Source: an uncultured Alphaproteobacteria bacterium (GTDB lineage: Bacteria; Pseudomonadota; Alphaproteobacteria; Rs-D84; CACZYB01). Taken from it: DNA of 64,000 nucleotides. Location of the stretch: assembly GCA_944390685.1 (NCBI GenBank), contig CALXQL010000016.1, positions 17,408 through 81,407 of the forward strand. Direction: 5' to 3'. The translations under genes and the position numbers were made by a program. Shown here one piece after another: positions 48,692 to 55,957 of the stretch. The notes beneath the pieces were generated by a model. It did not search any database. It saw only the letters and a list, made by a program, of their open reading frames with translations, and was not told where the DNA came from. Position 1 is the stretch's first letter. The number at the start of each line of letters is the position of its first letter.

Positions 48692-49154
48692 TTAATGAGA
48701 GTTTTCACTTACTGAATGTAATAAGTAGTTAACATCTATGTTTTCCCTATCTATGAGATTTTGAAGATGTTGTTCATCAAGGATATTATTTTTATAAATT
48801 TGAACTGATGTTAAACCTGTATTACATACAAGTGCAGATTTTATGCCGTAATTATTAGCACCTTTTATATCATTTTTTATAGAATCACCAATCATTAAAA
48901 TCCTATCTTTTGGATAAGGTAAATCACTTAGTGCATTTTCAAAAGTTATTTTTAATGGTTTACCAAATTCAACTATTTCTAAACCTGCTTTGTAAGGGGG
49001 TTCAGTAAATAATTCTTTATATATTTTTTTGTCAATATTTATTACTTCTTTTATTATTGCATTTTGATTTTTTGAATATATACTTTTAGAGATTAGGAAT
49101 TGAGAGAGAAAATGAAATTTTTTAAATACTTTTATATATTTTTCTTTATTTGTT
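48692..49154 (-). pseudogene. C-terminal fragment of a HAD-IA hydrolase with no N-terminal catalytic half. The track gives only 48692..48895; the frame stays open upstream to 49154 and overlaps the start of the outer-membrane-protein gene.
   Basis: By hand translation, ...EFGKPLKITFENALSDLPYPKDRILMIGDSIKNDIKGANNYGI matches the HAD motif III region. There is no DxD motif and no ATG upstream. Confidence 0.4.
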
Positions 49155-50491
49155 TTTCAAGTAATCTTGTTTATGCAAGTGATAGTAAAAATCAAGGAGA
49201 TAATTCCGTCGTTGTTGCAAAAGATGGGGTTATATCCTTAACACCTGTGCAGATTATAAATCTTTCTAAAAAATTTATTGAAGATAAGAATTTTCATGAT
49301 GCTAAAATGCTTTTATTAAAAAGTTCATTTAATGTTTTGGAATTGGAAATTGAAAGACTTCATTTATTGGCTCAAATCGCTATTTTAGAAGATAATATTG
49401 ATACGGCAATTGATATTTATAGATTTATTCTTGATTATCAGCCAAATATTTCTTCCATTAGATTTAAACTGGCTCAACTTTATATGCTTAAAAAATCTTG
49501 GTATAAAGCGGATTATCATTTTCGTTTGGCTGCAACTGATAAAGGTTTACCAGATGAAGTGAAAATGGAAATTGCAAAGGCTTTGTTTATTACAAGACAA
49601 AATAAAAATTGGAATATATGGTTTAATATTGGTGCGGCTCCGGATAATAACATAAATAATGCTCAATCAGGTGAGCAGTGTATTGCAACAATTTTTGGGG
49701 TTTTATGTAATCAACTTCCTTATCCTGAAAAAGCTATTGGCTTTAATACTTCATTTGGTGGAAATTATGAATTCATTTTAAATGATAATTGGAGAATTAG
49801 AAATGAGTTAGTTGTGTCTAATTCCATGTATGATAAAAATGAATATGATGATTTATATATTGGATATAATATAGGTCCAAAATATGTTTTTAGAAAAGGT
49901 GAAGTTGCTTCTTATTTAACAACATATAGAAGATGGTTAGATCATTCTCCTTATAGTTATAGTGTTGGTGTAAGAGTTGATGCAAATTATGATTTAACAA
50001 ATAGATTGAGTGTTGGAGCAGGGCTTCGTTTTTCACCAACTTTTTATGATGATTATGGAGATTATCTTGATGGAAATGTCAGTGGTATTGATAGTAGATT
50101 AGTTTATTCTTTTGATGCTTCTAAATATATTATTTTTAGAAATTATTATGAAATGGAAAAAACTGAAGATCCAATTTATTCTAATAATAGATTCTTTTTA
50201 TCTTTGGGCTTTGGTATTGAACTTCCTTATGGATTCTTTGTTTATTTGGAACCTTCTGTTTTATTTACAGATTATAAGGAAGAAAGACCATTCATCAAAG
50301 ATTTATCTTTTGAAAATATTAAGGAAGAGGATATTACAAGAAAGTATATGATTTCTTTTTCAAATAGAAAAATTAAATTTTGGGGATTTACTCCGACATT
50401 TTCTTATACCTATACAAATAAAAGTTCAAATGTTTGGCAAAGAGAATATAAGAAATCCGCTTTTGAATTTACTATTAATCAAAGATTTTAG
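49112..50491 (+). CDS. outer-membrane protein with an N-terminal TPR-like helical domain and a C-terminal beta-barrel ending in Phe; the architecture is Slam/DUF560-like (surface lipoprotein assembly modulator)
   Basis: Signal peptide (FFICFSSNLVYA), helical TPR-like repeats (residues ~60-150), then an aromatic/Gly-rich region of alternating beta-strand pattern, and a terminal ...EFTINQRF. The start was taken at the second Met. Confidence 0.5.
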   Translation: MKFFKYFYIFFFICFSSNLVYASDSKNQGDNSVVVAKDGVISLTPVQIINLSKKFIEDKNFHDAKMLLLKSSFNVLELEIERLHLLAQIAILEDNIDTAIDIYRFILDYQPNISSIRFKLAQLYMLKKSWYKADYHFRLAATDKGLPDEVKMEIAKALFITRQNKNWNIWFNIGAAPDNNINNAQSGEQCIATIFGVLCNQLPYPEKAIGFNTSFGGNYEFILNDNWRIRNELVVSNSMYDKNEYDDLYIGYNIGPKYVFRKGEVASYLTTYRRWLDHSPYSYSVGVRVDANYDLTNRLSVGAGLRFSPTFYDDYGDYLDGNVSGIDSRLVYSFDASKYIIFRNYYEMEKTEDPIYSNNRFFLSLGFGIELPYGFFVYLEPSVLFTDYKEERPFIKDLSFENIKEEDITRKYMISFSNRKIKFWGFTPTFSYTYTNKSSNVWQREYKKSAFEFTINQRF

Positions 50492-50504
50492 TTAGTTTTG
50501 GATA

Positions 50505-50702
50505 TAAAAAATCACTTAAAAAGTGGTCATCTTTAAAAGTGTTAGATATTTTTTCTATCAAAGTATAAATATATAATATCACGATTCGTGGATTTTTGCA
50601 AGTAAGAAAATATTCTTTTTATTATTGAATGAAGGTTAAAAATATGATATAATTCCTTTTGTAATGATATTGAAATAACCAAAACAAAAGGAGGAAAAAT
50701 AA
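50505..50702 (+). promoter_or_regulatory. conserved lipoprotein-family upstream element, copy C
   Basis: Near-identical to copies A, B and F. Confidence 0.7.
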
Positions 50703-51678
50703 ATGAGAAAAACAATATCACAGATAAGTCTAATAACAATGTTATCATTATTAAGTGCATGTGGTGGAGGAAATCTAGCTGAAAACTTGCCAAATCTACC
50801 GGGGGGGAACAGAAATAGAACCTAAACCAGAACCTAAACCAGAACCGGAAGAATTAACATTTGATAAAATATTCCCTAATAAAGATGCACTTGCCGGTAT
50901 GGTGGGAGGAGACGGAGAGCCAGCTTTTTCTATAAAAGATGCAGAAGGTGACCAACCTGAAAAATTAGTGTTTAAAAATCTACCAGAGTGGGAATTCCCC
51001 ATAACAAGTTTTGAAGATAAAAGTGATTTTTATTATGCATATATAGAATCTGATACAAAATCTGATGATGAAAATTATTATAAAACTTATTATAATTTAG
51101 TATTACCTAAAGATGTTAATATTTCTTATGGAAGTTTCTTTCTTGTAGGTTCTGGACAATTTGATTCTGAAACTAATAATGGTGTGAATGGATATAGATT
51201 TTCTCCAAGTTTTCAATATGATCCATCAAAAAAAATTGATGTTGCAACTTTTGAAAATGATATGACTTTTAAGGGTAATTCCATTTTAGGAATAACATCA
51301 ATTTATGGAAATTCAAAAGAAGATTATGCAATATTAAATGGTGATGCAAATTTAACATTGAGTAAAGATGGTTCAATTAATGCTAAAATAGAATTTGATG
51401 ATTTTTATACAATTAACTTTAATAATAATAGTGATGATAATTTTATCACATTAACTGATAAAAATAAGATTTCAGATAATATAAAGAAAGTTATTGGAGA
51501 GATAGAATTTGATGGAAAAAATGAAGTAAAAGTAGATAAATTACGTTATGATTCTTATGTCATATTAGGAAGTGATAATAAAATTCCAGAAGAAATTTTA
51601 GGGACCTATGGTTTTTCATGGGGTAATGAAGAAAAAGGTTATTACGCCACTGGATCCTATGGTGTAAAAAAACAATAA
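50703..51678 (+). CDS. surface-lipoprotein family member 3, phase-variable. It is out of frame at a G7 tract: the signal-peptide ORF from 50703 stops at 50822 and the mature domain resumes in the +1 frame (track ORF 50899..51678).
   Basis: The lipobox MRKTISQISLITMLSLLSACGGG is followed by G7 at 50801-50807. Removing one G fuses it to the ORF 50899..51678, which carries the family motifs (FDDFYTINF, KISDNIKKVI, PEEILG, YGVKKQ). Confidence 0.65.
50801..50807 (+). repeat. homopolymeric G7 tract (phase-variation switch) in the lipoprotein gene
   Basis: Counted directly from the sequence. Confidence 0.85.
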
Positions 51679-51705
51679 ATGTTTATTTTTTATCATTTTT
51701 TAAAT

Positions 51706-51728
51706 CCCGCCGTTGTGCGGGAATTTTT
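51706..51728 (+). terminator. rho-independent terminator (CCCGC-CGTTGT-GCGGG-AATTTTT), identical to the one at 16988
   Basis: Identical hairpin sequence. Confidence 0.65.
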
Positions 51729-51732
51729 ATAT

Positions 51733-51779
51733 AAAAAATCACTTAAAAAGTGGTCATCTTTAAAAGTGTTGTTTTATTT
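51733..51779 (+). promoter_or_regulatory. orphan partial copy D of the lipoprotein upstream element (operator palindrome only), abutting tRNA-Ser
   Basis: AAAAAATCACTTAAAAAGTGGTCATCTTTAAAAGTG is identical to the 5' end of the element; the rest is absent. Confidence 0.6.
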
Positions 51780-51784
51780 TTTAC

Positions 51785-51874
51785 TGGCGGATGGGGAGGG
51801 ATTCGAACCCCCGGTGGAGTTGCCCCCACAACGGTTTTCAAGACCGCCGCATTCGACCACTCTGCCACCCATCC
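51785..51874 (-). tRNA. tRNA-Ser (anticodon TGA), long variable arm
   Basis: The reverse complement reads GGATGGG...GCGGT-CTTGAAA-ACCGT..., with a long extra arm, GGTTCGAATCC T-arm and CCA. Confidence 0.85.
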
Positions 51875-51926
51875 GTTAAAGATATATGAATTATATAGTA
51901 ATTTTCTTTTTATTGCAACTATTTTA

Positions 51927-52895
51927 TTAAAATTTCTTATTTAATTCCCAATTCCATGCAGTTTTTATTATATCTTCTATATCATAAGATGGTGTCCAAT
52001 TAAGGATTTCCTTTGCTTTTTGATTACTTGCAATAAGAATTGCTGGATCTCCTTGTCTTCTTTTATCTATTTGTATAGGACAGGTTTTTTGTGTAATTTT
52101 TTCCGCTATTTTTATTATTTCTTTTACACTATTTCCTTTTGATGTGCCTAAATTTATTGAACCAGAATAGTTTTCAATTTTTTCAATAGCTAATTTATGT
52201 GCCATTGCTAAATCTTTTATATAAATATAATCTCTTATACAAGTGCCGTCCGGAGTCTCATAATCATCACCAAAAATTTTTATGTATTCTTTTTCTCCTT
52301 TTATTGCTTTTAATATAAGTGGTATTAGGTGGGTTTCTGGATTATGGCTTTCACCTATGATACCATCTTCATCGCAACCAGATGCATTAAAATATCTTAG
52401 TGCTATATAATTTAGGTTATAGGCTTTATGATAATCTTTTAAGATATGTTCAATCATCAATTTACTCATTCCGTATGGATTTATTGGATTTGTTGGATGA
52501 GATTCATCAATTGGTGTATAAATTGGATTTCCAAATATTGCAGCAGTTGAGGAAAATACAATGTTTTTTACATTATGTTTTAGCATTATTTCAAGAAGGT
52601 TTAAAGTGCCTATTACATTATTTGTATAATATTTCATTGGATTTTCAACACTTTCTCCTACAGATATAAATCCAGCAAAGTGTATTACAACATCAATTTT
52701 ATATTTTTCAAATATGTTATTTAGACTTTCCTTATCCATTAAGTCCGCATATTCAAAATGCTTTGTTAATATAGCTTCTTTGTGTCCGTATTGAAGATTA
52801 TCTGCAACTATTACATTATAATCATTTTCCAATAATAATTTTGTTGTGTGGGAGCCTATATATCCGGCACCTCCAAAAACTAAAATAGTTTTCAT
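51927..52895 (-). CDS. galE: UDP-glucose 4-epimerase
   Basis: ILVFGGAGYIGSH, YxxxK and the GalE-typical blocks; 322 aa. Confidence 0.85.
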   Translation of the reverse strand: MKTILVFGGAGYIGSHTTKLLLENDYNVIVADNLQYGHKEAILTKHFEYADLMDKESLNNIFEKYKIDVVIHFAGFISVGESVENPMKYYTNNVIGTLNLLEIMLKHNVKNIVFSSTAAIFGNPIYTPIDESHPTNPINPYGMSKLMIEHILKDYHKAYNLNYIALRYFNASGCDEDGIIGESHNPETHLIPLILKAIKGEKEYIKIFGDDYETPDGTCIRDYIYIKDLAMAHKLAIEKIENYSGSINLGTSKGNSVKEIIKIAEKITQKTCPIQIDKRRQGDPAILIASNQKAKEILNWTPSYDIEDIIKTAWNWELNKKF

Positions 52896-52969
52896 ATTTA
52901 CCTCTTTATTTATTTTATTTATAATAGTATAATAGGAATATATTATAATTTAAAGCAAAAAGGTATAGT

Positions 52970-53557
52970 ATGTTTGATGAATTAGAAAATATTAGGCTTA
53001 AATGTCTTGGATGTCAAAAATGCCAATTATGTAAATCAAGAAATAATATTGTTTTTTCTGATGGTGTTCCCAATAGTAATATTGTATTGATTGGGGAGGC
53101 TCCTGGATTTTATGAAGATCAAGAAGGAAAACCTTTTGTCGGTAGATCCGGACAATTATTGGATAAAATTTTTGAATCAGTTGGTTTATCAAGGCAAAAT
53201 GATATTTATATTTGTAATACCATTAAATGTAGACCTCCGGAAAATAGAAATCCTTTGCCGGAAGAAAAAGATGCTTGTCGTGAATATTTAGATGCTCAAT
53301 TGAATATATTGAAACCTAAAATAATATTGCTTTGTGGAGCAGTGGCGGTGCAATCTTTACTTCCCGATTTAAAATTAGGTATCACAAAAATAAGGGGACA
53401 ATGGTTTGATGGACCTTTTGGTGCCAAAATGATGCCTATATTTCATCCATCTTATTTATTAAGAAATCCTTCAAAGGAAGTTGGTAAACCAAAATGGTTA
53501 ATGTGGCAAGATATGAAGGAAATTAAAAAACTTTATGATGAAATAAAAAATAAATAA
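52970..53557 (+). CDS. uracil-DNA glycosylase, family 4 (Fe-S type)
   Basis: Cys cluster CxxCxxC..., GEAPG motif and HPS motif (IFHPSYLLRNP). Confidence 0.75.
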   Translation: MFDELENIRLKCLGCQKCQLCKSRNNIVFSDGVPNSNIVLIGEAPGFYEDQEGKPFVGRSGQLLDKIFESVGLSRQNDIYICNTIKCRPPENRNPLPEEKDACREYLDAQLNILKPKIILLCGAVAVQSLLPDLKLGITKIRGQWFDGPFGAKMMPIFHPSYLLRNPSKEVGKPKWLMWQDMKEIKKLYDEIKNK

Positions 53558-53562
53558 TCCCT

Positions 53563-53660
53563 ATTGCAAAACTTTGCGAATCATGATATTATATATTTAT
53601 ACTTTGATAGAAAAAATATCTAACACTTTTAAAGATGACCACTTTTTAAGTGATTTTTTA
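53563..53660 (-). promoter_or_regulatory. orphan partial copy E of the lipoprotein upstream element (reverse orientation), lying 3' of lipoprotein gene 4 with no gene of its own
   Basis: Its reverse complement matches the copy-B variant (...CACGATTCGCAAAGTTTTGCAATAGGG). Confidence 0.6.
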
Positions 53661-53666
53661 TTAGAT

Positions 53667-54557
53667 TTAATTTTGAAAATTATTTATTTTTTTTACACCA
53701 TAAATTCCATCAATAAAAGTTTTTTTATCATTATTTTCTATATTAAATGTAAAATTACCAACAACTTCTTCAGGATTTTTGTTTTCACCTAAAATATTGA
53801 ATTGATGATTTTTTAATTTTGTTTTATAATTATCGTGAACTAATGCTAAATTATCATAAAAATCTTTTGGAATTTTATTGTTATTAAATAATGTGATTTC
53901 ATTTTCTTTTATATTTACAGAATAAAAATTATCAAAATTCATTGTTAAATTGTATTGTTCGTTTGGATATAAAATTAAATTAGCATTTCCTGTAATAGTT
54001 TCATCATGATTATTAATATTAACATTATTTTTACTAATAGAGAAAAAATTAAGAAGTACTTTACCATTAAAATTGATTGTTTCATCTATTTTATTTATAA
54101 TAGTATCATTATTAATAGTTAGTAATGGGTAAAAAATTACTTGATTATATCCATTTGAAGTATATCCCAGTAAAGCTATATTTCCATAAGATAAATCTAA
54201 ATCCTTTATAAAACTAATACTTGCTTCACCATATTCAACCGAGTTAACAGCTTTATAATAATTATCTTTATTTTCAAAACTAGATAATGGAAATGAATAT
54301 AAATCTGGATTTATGGAAACTGATAAAGTTTCTTCCCCATCAACTTCATTTAAATTCATTGTAAAATTATCTAATGTAGAAAAAGAGGAAATTTCCTCTT
54401 TATTATAAAAAATATCTTGGAATTCCAATTCATCTTTGTTTTGTGATATATCATTATTGCTTATTTCAAATTTTGATAAATTAGGTAGGTTTGATCCACC
54501 ATTTCCACTACAAGATGCAAGTAATAAGTATAATACTAAATATAAATTATTTTTCAT
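53667..54557 (-). CDS. surface-lipoprotein family member 4 (lipobox LLASC)
   Basis: Signal peptide plus Cys and the family motifs (YNLTMNFDNFYSVN, NPEEVVG, IYGVKK). Confidence 0.7.
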   Translation of the reverse strand: MKNNLYLVLYLLLASCSGNGGSNLPNLSKFEISNNDISQNKDELEFQDIFYNKEEISSFSTLDNFTMNLNEVDGEETLSVSINPDLYSFPLSSFENKDNYYKAVNSVEYGEASISFIKDLDLSYGNIALLGYTSNGYNQVIFYPLLTINNDTIINKIDETINFNGKVLLNFFSISKNNVNINNHDETITGNANLILYPNEQYNLTMNFDNFYSVNIKENEITLFNNNKIPKDFYDNLALVHDNYKTKLKNHQFNILGENKNPEEVVGNFTFNIENNDKKTFIDGIYGVKKINNFQN

Positions 54558-54732
54558 AAATAAATTCCATAAATTATCATTATTATATCATATTTTTAAC
54601 CTTCATTCAATAATAAAAAGAATATTTTCTTACTTGCAAAAATCCACGAATCGTGATATTATATATTTATACTTTGATAGAATTTATATCTAACACTTTT
54701 AAAGATGACCACTTTTTAAGTGATTTTTTATT
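54558..54732 (-). promoter_or_regulatory. conserved lipoprotein-family upstream element, copy F (reverse orientation), in the divergent intergenic region shared with the RND efflux operon
   Basis: Its reverse complement is near-identical to copy C through ...GAAGGTTAAAAATATGATATAAT. Confidence 0.7.
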
Positions 54733-54814
54733 TTCTAGGAATATTGACTTCTTGTATAAATAAATAGTTTTTTATATTCTCTTCTTAATTGATAATTCAA
54801 TTTGGGAGGGAGTG

Positions 54815-55954
54815 ATGCAAGATAAGCATTCAATTAAAAAAAGTATTTTTGGTGCTTTGATATTTTTAATCTTTATTATTGGAGGATATTTGATTTTTTC
54901 CTCCTATAAATTTAAAAACATTGTAAAGGTTGATAATAGATTACCTGTTGATGTTTTAGATTTACATTCAAAAGATGTTTTAGTCCAACGCAAATATGTT
55001 GGCTTTATAACACCAATTAATGCTGTTGATGTATTACCTTTTGTATCAGGTTTCATTGATAAAGTTAAAGTTGTGGGTGGGCAAGATGTAAATATAAATG
55101 ATATTTTATTTGTCATAAATCAAGATGAATATAAGGCTTTACTTGATGCATCTTATGCTCAAGTATTAAATGCAAAAGCTAAACTTGAAAATGCAAAACT
55201 TTATTATGAACGTATGAGTAAAGCTGGGGGAAGGGCTGTTTCAAAAACTGATTTAGATAATGCAAAAACCGCTTTCTTATCAAGTGAAGCAGAACTTGCT
55301 CAAGCAATTGCAAATTATGAAAAAGCAAAAGTGGATTATAATTATACTATCATTAAAGCTACTATTTCCGGAATTGTGGGTGATGTTAATATTTCAAAGG
55401 GGGATTATGTATCTCCTCAAGGTAAGGCTTTATTAAAAATTATTCAATATAATCCTATTAGAGTTGTATTTTCCATAAGTGATAAAGAATATATAAATGA
55501 AGTTAGTAAAAATGCCAATAAAAAACCTTTTAGTGATTGGAATATAAAACTTCGTATGGCAAATGGTGAAATATTTAATGAAATTGGTAAAGTTAAGTTT
55601 TGGGATAATGAAGTGGCTTCATCCACATCTTCTGTTAAAGTGTTTGCCGATTTCAAAAATCCAAATAGGGTATTATATACAAATGCCTATGTAGATGTAA
55701 TTATGGAACGTATGGTAAAAAATGCTATTTTAGTTCCTCAAAGTGCCGTATATCTTAATGATAATCAAGATTATGTATATATAGTTTCTAATGATGATAT
55801 GCCAAAAAAAGTATCAATTGATTTAGGAGATCAAGTCGATAATTACTTTGTAGTAAATAAAGGACTTAATGCAGGGGATAAACTTATTCTTAATAAACTT
55901 TCTTTACAAGATTTGAATAAAAAACTTTCTTTTGAGATAAAAAATATGGAGTAG
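54815..55954 (+). CDS. RND efflux periplasmic adaptor (membrane fusion protein)
   Basis: N-terminal TM anchor and a coiled-coil (LLDASYAQVLNAKAKLENAKLYYERM); lies upstream of the RND permease. Confidence 0.75.
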   Translation: MQDKHSIKKSIFGALIFLIFIIGGYLIFSSYKFKNIVKVDNRLPVDVLDLHSKDVLVQRKYVGFITPINAVDVLPFVSGFIDKVKVVGGQDVNINDILFVINQDEYKALLDASYAQVLNAKAKLENAKLYYERMSKAGGRAVSKTDLDNAKTAFLSSEAELAQAIANYEKAKVDYNYTIIKATISGIVGDVNISKGDYVSPQGKALLKIIQYNPIRVVFSISDKEYINEVSKNANKKPFSDWNIKLRMANGEIFNEIGKVKFWDNEVASSTSSVKVFADFKNPNRVLYTNAYVDVIMERMVKNAILVPQSAVYLNDNQDYVYIVSNDDMPKKVSIDLGDQVDNYFVVNKGLNAGDKLILNKLSLQDLNKKLSFEIKNME

Positions 55955-55957
55955 TAT

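Noticed and set aside
50796-51002. ORF 50796..51002 (-)
   Set aside because: It is antisense to the lipoprotein N-terminal region, and its Gly/Ser-rich translation is a by-product of the poly-G/Pro-Glu linker.
51679-51944. ORFs 51679..51879 (+) and 51750..51944 (+)
   Set aside because: They run through the terminator, the orphan element copy and tRNA-Ser.
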